In this document: piece after piece, positions 26,907 to 35,636 of the stretch
How positions within the stretch are numbered: the stretch's first letter is position 1
Layout: each line of letters begins with the position of its first letter
From: Verrucomicrobiota bacterium
GTDB taxonomy: Bacteria; Verrucomicrobiota; Verrucomicrobiia; Limisphaerales; CAIMTB01
Assembly (NCBI GenBank): GCA_963205105.1
Contig: CAUJJW010000337.1
Coordinates: forward strand, 5,909-69,908
Length of the DNA stretch: 64,000 nt
Direction: 5' to 3'
Translations under genes and position numbers: made by a program
Notes under the pieces: generated by a model
Databases searched by the model: none
What the model saw: only the letters and a program-made list of their open reading frames with translations
What the model was told of the DNA's origin: nothing

Positions 26907-27454
26907 GGCCGGGTTCGAAGCTCGGGGTGATCGGCGAGCAGTTGGTAGGCGAAGAGAGCGGCGATGCTGAGGCTGTCGATGATCTCGCCTCGGAAGATCA
27001 TCTGGAGGCATTGCTCGAGGGGAACCCAGACGCACTCGGTGACTTCGCGGGGGTCGGGCTGGAAGGGAGCGACCCGTTCGTGGCGGCGGGACACGAAGAG
27101 GTGACTGGGGTTGTGGAAGGTGTCGAGCCCGGGATGGAAGAAGAGGAGTGGTTCCAGATCATGACAGCGCAGGCCGGTTTCCTCGAGCACCTCGCGGGCG
27201 GCGGCCTGGGCGGGGGATTCACCGTCGTCAATGCGGCCGCCGGGAATTTCCCAGGCGATGGCGTTGATGAGGAAGCGATATTGGCGGACGAGCAGGATGC
27301 GGTCGCCATCGGCGAGGACGAGGCCGGTGCGGGAGCCGACTTCGGTGACGAAGTACTCCTTGGAAAAGCCCTCGAACGCGACGTTGACCCGATGAACCCG
27401 TTGGTAGGGGTTCTCGTAGTCGAGTTGGCGCGGCCCGATGTGCGGCGCGATCAT
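26903..27454 (-). CDS. NUDIX hydrolase
   Basis: Nudix box 'GGRIDDGESPAQAAAREVLEETGL'. Confidence 0.8.
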   Translation of the reverse strand: MIAPHIGPRQLDYENPYQRVHRVNVAFEGFSKEYFVTEVGSRTGLVLADGDRILLVRQYRFLINAIAWEIPGGRIDDGESPAQAAAREVLEETGLRCHDLEPLLFFHPGLDTFHNPSHLFVSRRHERVAPFQPDPREVTECVWVPLEQCLQMIFRGEIIDSLSIAALFAYQLLADHPELRTRP

Positions 27455-27492
27455 CCGGGGACGGTGTCACGTGGGAAGGCGCGGGGTTAAGG

Positions 27493-27528
27493 AAAAATAA
27501 AAACCCAGCCCCGGGGTGCGGGGCTGGG
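27493..27528 (-). terminator. Rho-independent terminator after the malectin/TSP3 gene
   Basis: Perfect 9-bp GC stem (27504-27512 / 27520-27528) with a 7-nt loop, followed on the minus strand by TTTTTATTTTT. It lies 26 nt after the stop at 27555. Confidence 0.8.
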
Positions 27529-27554
27529 TTGGGTGGAGTCGGAGAGGGCGCTGG

Positions 27555-30407
27555 TTACTGGCCCCGAACGCGCCAGAAGCCGCTGGCCTGGCCCTGGTGG
27601 GCGGCGTCGGTGTCGCTGAGCGTGGAGCTGGTGCCGGTGGCGACGGCGCTGGTCACGTCGGACCAGGTGGGATCCGAGAGCCGGGCCTTGTACTGAAGCG
27701 CGTAGGTGTTGCCGGACACGCTGGTGAAGACCACGGAGAAGCCGTTGTTCTGACGGCTGACGTTGGTGATGCGCGGCGCAGGCGGGAGGATGGGACCGCC
27801 GGTCATGTCCTCGAGGGTCACCGCGTTGATGATGGGGTTCTTATCCGTGTAATGCTCGGTCGTCACGGCGTCGCCGCCGAGGGTTTGGATGATGACCGTG
27901 TCTTTAGCGGCGGTGAACTCGTAGATCACGGCGGCGGCCTGGGCGGGATTGTTGATCTCCCCCATGATTTCGAACGGGGCGAATTCGTCGGCGATGAGTT
28001 TGCCGTCGACGTAGACGTCCATACCGCGGGAGCAGCACTGTTCGCCGAACATCAGCTGCAGCTTGTATTTCCGGCCGACGACGAGGTTGGCGAGGGTGAT
28101 GTTGGCGCCGCCGCCGCCATGGCGGATGTTGCCGACGATGCGCTCGAGGTTGTTGTCATTCTCGGTTTCGCCGAAATCGGGGCGATACCACGCGGCGATC
28201 TGGGACGTGGCGTTGAGCACCCGGACGCCGGGCACGTTTTCGGAAGTGAACACCGCATCGCGCACTTTGCCGGTGGCGGCGGTGTTGGGGAGAATGCTGA
28301 ACGCGTAGAGGAAGGAGCCGTCGAGATCGAGGCCTTCACCGGCGTCGCCGCCCGTGAAGCCGGCGATGGTCACACCTGCGGTCACGGTCTCGATCGCCGG
28401 GTTGTTCGGATTGCTGCCCATGGCGATTTCAAAAGCATCCGAGAGCAGGTCGTCATCGGAGTCGGCCTTGAGCGGATTGGTCTTGTGCGTGTTGATTTCG
28501 GCGCTGTCGGAGAGCCCGTCGCGGTCGGAGTCGGCGAGGCCCGGTTTGGTGCCGGCAGCTTTCTCCTGGCTGTCGGAGAGTCCGTCACCGTCCGCGTCGG
28601 CTTTGCCGGGATGGGTGCCGTCGGCAAACTCGGTGGCGTTGGAAAGCGTGTCGCCGTCGGTGTCCTGGGTGCCGGTCTGGCCGAGGTTGCCAAAGTAGCC
28701 TGTTTCCCACAGGTCGGGCAGGCCGTCGCCGTCAGTGTCTGCGGCGGGACCGATGCGCTCGAGGGTCGAGGCGTTGATGATGGCGTTGTGGTCGGTGAAC
28801 TCCGGCGTGGTGGTGGTGGTGCCGTCCACGATGAAGCGCAGGCTGGTGGCGCGGGCCACGAACTCGTGGGTGATCACGACGCCCCTATTGTCCGGATACG
28901 CGAGTGGGAAGCCGCCGCCCTGGTAGTACGTGGGGCTGAAGTCGTCCATGACCAGAATGTCGTCGATGTAGACGTCAAACCCGCGGGGCCAGGCCTGTTC
29001 GGCAAAGAGCAATTGGAGTTTGTAAACCGTGCCGACCGTAAGGTTTCCGAGTTCGACGGTCGCATCCGGGATGGCAGTCCCCGCGGCACTCCAGGTGATG
29101 GAGCTCATGACATCGGCGAGGGTGATGTCGTTTTGGGTGTCGCCGTAAACGATGTCGCTGTTCCACATGCCAGTGCGGTTGCCGGCGGTCACGGTCACGC
29201 CCTCGACCGGTTCCGGAGTGAAGTTGGCATCGCCCACGGGGCCGCCTTGCACTTCTTCGACGCCATGATCCAGGGCGTAGACAAAAGTTCCCTGCAAATC
29301 CAGGCCTTCGCCCGCATCGCCACCGGTGAACAGGCTCACCTTGGTGTTGCGAGGCACGCTGGTAGCCAAGGTCGGATCGGTGAGCAGTCGCACTTCGTCG
29401 AAGTCGGAGAAGGTGTCGCCATCGGTGTCGCGCTTGGTCGGATCCGACTTGTGGGTGAGAACTTCGTCTCCGTCACGCAGGCCATCACCGTCGGAATCCG
29501 TTTTGGCCGGATCCGTCTTATGGGTGTTGCGTTCGGCGCCGTCGGAGAGACCGTCGCCGTCCGTGTCGCTGTTGGACGGGTTGAGCTGGAGGGTGAATTC
29601 CTCGCCGTTGGTCAGGCCGTCGCTGTCGAAATCGCCGGCTGGGGTCTGGGAGGTGTCGCCGAAGAACGAGGATTCCCAGTCATCGCGCAGGCCGTCGTTG
29701 TCGACATCGGTGAAGGGGCTGAGGCGTTCCAGGGTGAACCCGTTGAGGATGGCGTTGCGGTCGGTGATCTCCTCGGAAGGAGCGGCGGGGCCGCTGAGCA
29801 CGAGCACGAGGTTGTTGGTGGCGGCGGTGAACTGGTAAGTGACCACCGCGCCCTGGATCCGCTTTTCGGTGGCAAAATCACCGCCGGGCGACTGCAACAC
29901 GCCGGGCATGAAGTTTTCAGCGAGCAGTTCGTCGTTGAGGGTGATGTTGAAGCCGCGGCCGGGGCAGCAGTCTTCGCCCTGCAGCACCTGCAGCTTGTAT
30001 TCCACCCCGCGTTCCACACGCATCTGGACGGTGACCACGGCCGGAGCGCCGGACCACCGGATGGAGGCCAGCACGGCTTCCAGGTTGTTGTCGTTTTCGG
30101 TTTCACCGAAATCGGCGGCGAGCCAGCCGCCCGTGCCGATATTGTTTTGGGCGTCCACGGTGACGCCGACGATGTTGTCGGCGGTGAAGTTGGCGTCGCC
30201 GACTTTGCCGACGGCGCCGTTGGGGCCGACGTTGACGGCGTAGGTGAAGTTGCCCTGCATATCGAGACCTTCACCGGGATCGCCGCCGGTGAAGATACCG
30301 ACGGTGGGGGTGGCGCCCCAGGCACTGGAAGCCGTGAGGGCGGCGAGTGCGAGAAGCGGGGCAACGTAGGAACGGGATCGAGTGCGATGGCGGTTATGTC
30401 TCAGCAT
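27555..30407 (-). CDS. Secreted protein with three malectin-like carbohydrate-binding modules separated by thrombospondin type-3 Ca-binding repeats
   Basis: Signal peptide. Three ~190-aa repeats ('FTGGD.GEGLD..G.F.YA', 'YKLQL.F.E...RG.DV'). 'DTDGDGLSD'-type repeats. C-terminal 'YALQYKARLSDPTW...FWRV'. Confidence 0.8.
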   Translation of the reverse strand: MLRHNRHRTRSRSYVAPLLALAALTASSAWGATPTVGIFTGGDPGEGLDMQGNFTYAVNVGPNGAVGKVGDANFTADNIVGVTVDAQNNIGTGGWLAADFGETENDNNLEAVLASIRWSGAPAVVTVQMRVERGVEYKLQVLQGEDCCPGRGFNITLNDELLAENFMPGVLQSPGGDFATEKRIQGAVVTYQFTAATNNLVLVLSGPAAPSEEITDRNAILNGFTLERLSPFTDVDNDGLRDDWESSFFGDTSQTPAGDFDSDGLTNGEEFTLQLNPSNSDTDGDGLSDGAERNTHKTDPAKTDSDGDGLRDGDEVLTHKSDPTKRDTDGDTFSDFDEVRLLTDPTLATSVPRNTKVSLFTGGDAGEGLDLQGTFVYALDHGVEEVQGGPVGDANFTPEPVEGVTVTAGNRTGMWNSDIVYGDTQNDITLADVMSSITWSAAGTAIPDATVELGNLTVGTVYKLQLLFAEQAWPRGFDVYIDDILVMDDFSPTYYQGGGFPLAYPDNRGVVITHEFVARATSLRFIVDGTTTTTPEFTDHNAIINASTLERIGPAADTDGDGLPDLWETGYFGNLGQTGTQDTDGDTLSNATEFADGTHPGKADADGDGLSDSQEKAAGTKPGLADSDRDGLSDSAEINTHKTNPLKADSDDDLLSDAFEIAMGSNPNNPAIETVTAGVTIAGFTGGDAGEGLDLDGSFLYAFSILPNTAATGKVRDAVFTSENVPGVRVLNATSQIAAWYRPDFGETENDNNLERIVGNIRHGGGGANITLANLVVGRKYKLQLMFGEQCCSRGMDVYVDGKLIADEFAPFEIMGEINNPAQAAAVIYEFTAAKDTVIIQTLGGDAVTTEHYTDKNPIINAVTLEDMTGGPILPPAPRITNVSRQNNGFSVVFTSVSGNTYALQYKARLSDPTWSDVTSAVATGTSSTLSDTDAAHQGQASGFWRVRGQ

Positions 30408-30580
30408 ACGGGTTTCGGGATGTCGATGGAGCCGCTCCTTTTGTGGACATGAGAAACCTTTCCCGTGTCAGGAACCTGAGCGGCCAGTGGTAAGGCGTCG
30501 TGATGACACGGATGAATTTTCACTGCAAACGAAAACCCTGGTTTCGCTTGGATTGGGGTCTGGTGGGGGGGCGACGGAGA

Positions 30581-30967
30581 GCAATCGGTTCGAAATGGAT
30601 CTGCTCACCGATCATGAAACCGGGGGAGGCGGGGGGATTACGATGACGATGAGGAGTAGGAGTACGTGGACGAGGGGAGGCGCGATTCATTAATCGCGCA
30701 TGGGGACCATGAACCGAGGATTCCGGGGGGCGAGACGCCCCCCTCTACGGCAGGCGGGACGCCCGCCGCTACGGAGGCCCGGAGGGGCGATCAGAATCGA
30801 CCGCGGTGGGGTTGGTATTTAGCGGAACGCAGGATGTTCTGCCCGCCCCTGCTTTTCTGATCGCCCCTCCGGGGCTTCTGGTTTCCTTCGGGCCTTGTCC
30901 CCACGGCTCACGCCGTGGGCTCGTGCTCTTCCGCCCCGTCCGGGGCTGGGAAATCGAAGTTCATGGG
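30581..30967. repeat. REP-like mosaic, including a ~210-bp composite colinear with 45175-45396
   Basis: Modules 'ttcgaaatggatctgctcacc', 'aggagtaggagtacg', 'gattcattaatcgcgc' and the GTAG double hairpin at 30716-30780. Further hairpin-rich sequence runs to 'gttcatggg' at ~30960. Confidence 0.75.
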
Positions 30968-30980
30968 CTGCCCTTCGACC

Positions 30981-32006
30981 TCAGGTCAGGGCGGTGGACG
31001 TCGATTCCTCCGAGGCTGACGACGGTGGAATGTCGGCGCTGAGATGGCGCTGGTCGCGGGCGCGGAGGAGTACGTGGGCGGCCCAGGCGATCGTGAACAG
31101 GCAACAACCGGCGACGACCATGGCGCCGGCGATTGAGCAGTCGAGCCAGAGGGCGAGATGGAGGCCGACGACGGTGCTGATGGCGGAGTGAACGACGATG
31201 AGGGTGAAGAGGGTGGGCAGGCGTGCGGCGACCAGGGAAGCGGTGGCGCCGGGGACGATGAGCATGGCGATGACGAGGATGGCGCCGACGGATTCGAAGG
31301 CGCTGACGACGACCACCGACAACCAGCCCATGAGCAGGAGATGGACCGTAGGGGCGTGGATGCCGAGGGAGGTGGCCAGACCGGCGTCGAAGGAACTGAT
31401 CACGAGTTCCTTGTAGAACAGGAGGGTGGCGAGAACGGTGAGCAGGGTCACCACGGCCATGCGGGTGACGGGGACGGGGCCAAGGGGAATGCCAAAGGCG
31501 GTGAGGGTGGGCTGGAAGGGGACGAACCCGATTTCACCGTACAACACGCAATCGGCATCCAGGTCCACGTGGTCGGCGAAGAGCGTGATCAGCACGACGC
31601 CGATGGCGAAGAGAGTGGCGAAGACGATGCCGATGGCGGCGTCCTGCTTGATGCGGGAGCGGCGGTGGAGCATGCCGATGAGCAGGGTGGTGATCCAACC
31701 GGCTCCGATGGCGCCCACGAGCATGACGGACGAATCGCGGGCGGCGTGGCTGGAGTCGGTGCGTTGACCGAACAGAAACGAGGCGACGAGGAAGGCGGTG
31801 GCGAGGCCTGGGAGAATGCTATGGCTGATGGCGTCGCCCATGAGCGCCATGCGTCGGAGGAGGAGATGTTGCCCCACCCAGCCGCAGGCGACGCTGGTCA
31901 GGAAACCCATGAGGAGGATCCAGCCCTTTTCGGGGAAATCGGTGGTCCACGGGTCGATCAGGACGGACCGGATGTCGAAGGGAGGGATGAGGTCGGCGAG
32001 ATTCAT
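30981..32006 (-). CDS. Metal (Mn/Zn/Fe) ABC transporter permease, second permease (YtgD/TroD-like)
   Basis: 'LLLRRMALMGDAISHSILPGLA' and multiple TM segments of the ABC-3 family. Confidence 0.85.
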   Translation of the reverse strand: MNLADLIPPFDIRSVLIDPWTTDFPEKGWILLMGFLTSVACGWVGQHLLLRRMALMGDAISHSILPGLATAFLVASFLFGQRTDSSHAARDSSVMLVGAIGAGWITTLLIGMLHRRSRIKQDAAIGIVFATLFAIGVVLITLFADHVDLDADCVLYGEIGFVPFQPTLTAFGIPLGPVPVTRMAVVTLLTVLATLLFYKELVISSFDAGLATSLGIHAPTVHLLLMGWLSVVVVSAFESVGAILVIAMLIVPGATASLVAARLPTLFTLIVVHSAISTVVGLHLALWLDCSIAGAMVVAGCCLFTIAWAAHVLLRARDQRHLSADIPPSSASEESTSTALT

Positions 32007-32015
32007 GGGCGCGGA

Positions 32016-33467
32016 TCAACGGCCATAGCCGGCGGGTGGGCGGCGGGTGGCCTCGACGGGGCCTGCGGCCAGGACGGCGTTGGGGGTGGGGATGGGTCGG
32101 CCGTGGGGGTCGGTGTCCGCGTAGTTCAGGCGTCGCTCGAGTTCGCGAACCACATCCTCGCCGAGCACGTGCTCAATGCGTTCGGCGTCCTCATGGACGT
32201 GGTCGGCGGGGATATGGGCGGCGTGGGTGAGGTAGAGCTCCCACAGGCGATGATTGCGGACGAGTTCGATGGCGCGTTGGCGTCCCACGGGGGTGAGGAG
32301 CACGCAAGGGTCGGCGGCGTGGAACGTGGCAAATCCGTGGCGGACGAGGTCTCTGGCCTGGCGGCTGGCGTCCTCGATGGTTTCGCGGCGGCGCTGGGCC
32401 AATTCGCGGAGGGAGACTCCTTCGCCGTGGAACTGGCGGTCCTCGAGAATGCGGTAGACGGTTTTGAGGGTGTTTTCGCGGCGGACGCGGCCGGCGTTGG
32501 AGCGTTGATTCCACCAGCGGGTAACGAGGCCATGGCGGGGGGCGAACAAAAAGGCCGCGGTGAACAGTGCGCTTCCTGAGAGGACCATGAGGGGGCCGGT
32601 GGGCAGGTTGCTGCCGAGGAAGGACAGGAAGCAGCCCATCGCTCCGGACACGAGGCCGATGACCGCGGCGTAGAGCAGCATGCGGTGCATGCGGTCGGTG
32701 AGCAGGTAAGCGGCGGCGGCGGGGGTGATGAGCATGGCGGACACGAGCACGACGCCGACCGCCTGGAGGGCGGAGACGACCGAGAACGCGAGCAGCAGCA
32801 TCAGGGCGTAGTGAATGATGCGGACGGGGTAACCGATGGAGCGGGCGAAGGCGGCGTCGAAGCTGGCGACGAGCAGTTCCTTGTAGAAGACCAGGACGGT
32901 GCTGATGGCAAGAACCGCGACCACGGCCATGAGTTGGAGGTCACGCGGGCCGATGGCGGCAGCCTGACCGAAGAGGAATTTGTCGATGCCGCTTTTGGCG
33001 CCGGTGGGGAGTCGCTGGATCATGGTGACCAGGCAGATGCCCACGGCGTAGAACCCGGCGAGTACGAGTCCGAGGGCGGCGTCCTCCTTGAGGCGGGTGG
33101 TTTGCTTGATCCCTTCGACGACGATGGTGCCCAGGAGGCCGGCGATGACGGCACCGATGAAGATGGCGAGGGGATCCTTGGTTTGGCTCCACAAAAACCC
33201 GGCGGCGACTCCCGGGAGTACGGCGTGGGAAAGGGCGTCGCCGACCAGGGCGAGGCGGCGCACGACGAGGAACGCGCCGAGCAGGCCGCAGGAAATGCCG
33301 AGGAGCATGGACCCGGCGAGGGCGTAGCGCACCGCGGGATCGCGGAGGGTGAGGAAGCGAAGCGCCTGATCGCGGATCGAGTTGTCGGTGAGTTCACCGA
33401 TTTTGGCGGCGTTCGCGGCGGGCGCGATGAGCGCGGCGAGAATGAAGAGGAGGAGGAAGGTGAACAA
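32016..33467 (-). CDS. Metal ABC transporter permease fused to a C-terminal DtxR/MntR-type repressor domain (YtgC-YtgR-like)
   Basis: Permease core 'VVRRLALVGDALSHAVLPG', then 'HRLWELYL...HEDAERIEHVL...DPHGRPIP'. The upstream ~120 codons of the ORF call are REP repeats. The proposed TTG start at 33467 is tentative. Confidence 0.75.
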   Translation of the reverse strand: MFTFLLLFILAALIAPAANAAKIGELTDNSIRDQALRFLTLRDPAVRYALAGSMLLGISCGLLGAFLVVRRLALVGDALSHAVLPGVAAGFLWSQTKDPLAIFIGAVIAGLLGTIVVEGIKQTTRLKEDAALGLVLAGFYAVGICLVTMIQRLPTGAKSGIDKFLFGQAAAIGPRDLQLMAVVAVLAISTVLVFYKELLVASFDAAFARSIGYPVRIIHYALMLLLAFSVVSALQAVGVVLVSAMLITPAAAAYLLTDRMHRMLLYAAVIGLVSGAMGCFLSFLGSNLPTGPLMVLSGSALFTAAFLFAPRHGLVTRWWNQRSNAGRVRRENTLKTVYRILEDRQFHGEGVSLRELAQRRRETIEDASRQARDLVRHGFATFHAADPCVLLTPVGRQRAIELVRNHRLWELYLTHAAHIPADHVHEDAERIEHVLGEDVVRELERRLNYADTDPHGRPIPTPNAVLAAGPVEATRRPPAGYGR

Positions 33468-33485
33468 CGTGGACGTTCGGCTCGC

Positions 33486-33824
33486 GGACCATGAACCGGG
33501 GTGCGAGGAGTCGAGCGGGCGGCCCTCATCCCGGCCTTCTCCCGGAGGGAGAAGGAGAACATGCGCCGCGGGTTTCGGAGGGTCGAGCTGAGCGTTGGCT
33601 GGAACGGGTCGCCACAGCTCGGATGGTTGGGGTTTAGGCGTGTTGCGGAGGGTAGCGCGCGACTCCCTCTCCCTCCGGGAGAGGGTTGGGGTGAGGGAGC
33701 CTGTTTCAACCCTCGCGACGGCTCGCATGGGAAGCCCCCTGTTCGAAATCGACCTGCTCACGGACCAGGCACCAGGGATTCCGGGGGGCGAGACGCCCGC
33801 CGCTACGGAGTTGCGGTTCATGGG
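33486..33824. repeat. REP-like mosaic inserted between the ATPase and the permease-repressor gene
   Basis: Order R2, R3, spacer module, GTAG hairpin, bounded by 'ggaccatgaacc' and 'ggttcatgg'. The ytgB-like stop codon lies inside the terminal motif. Confidence 0.85.
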
Positions 33825-34627
33825 ATGGAACCCCCGTGCTGGCGGACGGCGTCGGCGACCTCGCTGAGGATGGTGAGTCGGCCGCCGTAGGTTTTCTGGA
33901 GCAGTTCGTAGGTGAACACCTCGTCGGTGGGACCAAAGGCGACGCGCCTCAGGTTGAGCAGCAGGAGCATGTCGAAGTAATTGCGGGCGGTCGGGAGGTC
34001 GTGATGAACCACGAGGATGGTGCAGCCCCGGTCGCGCAACTCGTGCAAGAGCGTGACGATGGCCGCCTCGGTGGCGGCGTCGACCCCGGCGAAGGGTTCG
34101 TCCATGAAGTACAGGTCGCTCTCCTGGGCGAGTGCCCGGGCCAGGAAGACGCGTTGCTGCTGGCCTCCGCTCAGGTTGGCGATCTGCCGATTGGCGTAAG
34201 GCAGCATGCCCACTTTGTCCAGGCAGGCGCGGGCGATGTCGCGGTCGGCGCGGGAAGGTCGGCGGAACAGGCCGATTTTTCCGTAGCGCCCCATCAGAAC
34301 GACATCCATGACGCTGACCGGGAAATCCCAGTCGACGGATTCGCGTTGGGGCACGTAACCGACACGGCGATGGGCGCGGGAAAGTGGTGCGCCGAAGATC
34401 CGCACCCAGCCGCCGGCGATGGGAGTGACGCCCATGCAGGCCTTGATGAGGGTGGATTTTCCAGCGCCGTTGGGCCCGATGATGCCGACGAGCTTTCCGG
34501 CGGGCACCGCGAGGTCGACGCCCCAGAGCACGGGGCGGCGATGGTAGGCGACCGTCAGGTCATGGATCTCCAGCGGCGGGGGTGTCTCGGGTGTGGCCGT
34601 GGGCGGCGTTGGAGGCGGGGCGGTCAC
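33818..34627 (-). CDS. Metal ABC transporter ATP-binding protein (YtgB/TroB/ZnuC-like)
   Basis: Walker A 'GPNGAGKST', signature 'LSGGQQQRV', Walker B 'LYFMDEP'. ATGA overlap with the binding-protein gene. Confidence 0.9.
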   Translation of the reverse strand: MTAPPPTPPTATPETPPPLEIHDLTVAYHRRPVLWGVDLAVPAGKLVGIIGPNGAGKSTLIKACMGVTPIAGGWVRIFGAPLSRAHRRVGYVPQRESVDWDFPVSVMDVVLMGRYGKIGLFRRPSRADRDIARACLDKVGMLPYANRQIANLSGGQQQRVFLARALAQESDLYFMDEPFAGVDAATEAAIVTLLHELRDRGCTILVVHHDLPTARNYFDMLLLLNLRRVAFGPTDEVFTYELLQKTYGGRLTILSEVADAVRQHGGSIP

Positions 34628-35541
34628 TTGAGTGATTCGACGACCGTGTTGACGTTGTGACGGAGCATGCCGGTGTAGGTGCCCACATCATAGGACTCAC
34701 CGCCGACCTTTCGCACATCGCCGGGTTGGCCCAGTGCGTCGGAGAACAATTCACCGCCCACGCGGGCGCCGGAGTCCCGGCTGATGCGTTCGATGGCTGC
34801 CGGAGAAACGCTGCTCTCGATGAAGAGAGCCTTGAGCTTACGGGAGCGGACCAGGTCGGCGACCTTGGTGATGTCGGCGAGGCCGGCCTCCGAAGCGGTG
34901 GAGATTCCCTGAACGCCGACGACTTCGAAACCGAAAGCGCGTCCGAAGTAGTTGAACGCGTCGTGGCTGGTGATCAGGACCCGTTGATCCTTGGGGATCT
35001 CGGCCACACGGGCTTCGGCCCAGGTGCGGAGTTTGTCGAATTTGGCTTCGAGATCCTGAAGCCGGGTCTGGTAGCCGGCGGTGCCACCGGGATCCACTTC
35101 ACCCAGGCCGCGGGCGACGGTGCGAGCGGCGATTTTCCAGAGGGCGGGATCACCCCAGACGTGGGGGTCGGCGTGTCCGTCGGACTGGCTGGGTTGGATG
35201 AGGGACTCGTGGGGGATGTCGGCGGTGACGGCGAACACCTTGCGGCGGGACGTGGCGAGGCGTTTGAAGAGATCCTCCATGCGGCCTTCGAGGAAGAGGC
35301 CGGAATAGAAGACGGCTTCGGCGCGGGAAAGGCGGGTGACGTCGCGGGCGGAGGCTTTGTAAAGGTGGGGGTCGACGCCCGGGCCCATGAGGGCTTCGAC
35401 GGTGACCCGGTCTCCGCCGATTTGCTGCACCAGGTCGGCGACGAGGGTGGTGGTGGCGACGACAGGAATGGCGGCGTGGGCGGAGGCCGCGCCGAGGGCG
35501 ATCACGATGCCGGCGAGGAAGGACCTGAATTGGGAAAGCAT
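34624..35541 (-). CDS. Metal ABC transporter substrate-binding protein (cluster A-I, YtgA/TroA/ZnuA-like)
   Basis: Signal peptide, 'VDPHLY', 'DPHVW', 'SHDAFNYF' motifs. Confidence 0.9.
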   Translation of the reverse strand: MLSQFRSFLAGIVIALGAASAHAAIPVVATTTLVADLVQQIGGDRVTVEALMGPGVDPHLYKASARDVTRLSRAEAVFYSGLFLEGRMEDLFKRLATSRRKVFAVTADIPHESLIQPSQSDGHADPHVWGDPALWKIAARTVARGLGEVDPGGTAGYQTRLQDLEAKFDKLRTWAEARVAEIPKDQRVLITSHDAFNYFGRAFGFEVVGVQGISTASEAGLADITKVADLVRSRKLKALFIESSVSPAAIERISRDSGARVGGELFSDALGQPGDVRKVGGESYDVGTYTGMLRHNVNTVVESLK

Positions 35542-35636
35542 GGGTGATGGGGCTGCGGTGGCGTTGGCTGGGTGAAGGACAGGGCCCCCAGCCGAGGCGA
35601 CGGTAGCCAGTCCGCGCGCACCCGCAAGGCAAATTT

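Noticed and set aside
27516-30452. 978-aa plus-strand ORF opposite the malectin/TSP3 gene
   Set aside because: Same low-complexity Gly/Ala/Val/Asp/Glu composition. The minus-strand protein has clear repeats and Ca-binding motifs and is followed by a terminator on its own strand.
30581-30967. Possible CRISPR array, given the many short GC-rich palindromic repeats
   Set aside because: The repeats are of several different types, irregularly spaced, and occur in both orientations. The 'spacers' are themselves repeated at other loci. No cas genes are present.
33468-33821. N-terminal extensions of ORF calls 32016..33821, 12564..13571, 43936..45405 and 59407..60615
   Set aside because: The first three extensions are translations of REP modules that recur at non-coding sites; the ATG comes from the CCATGAAC terminus. 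The fourth is Arg/Pro-rich and lies upstream of a canonical prepilin N-terminus. Starts were moved downstream.
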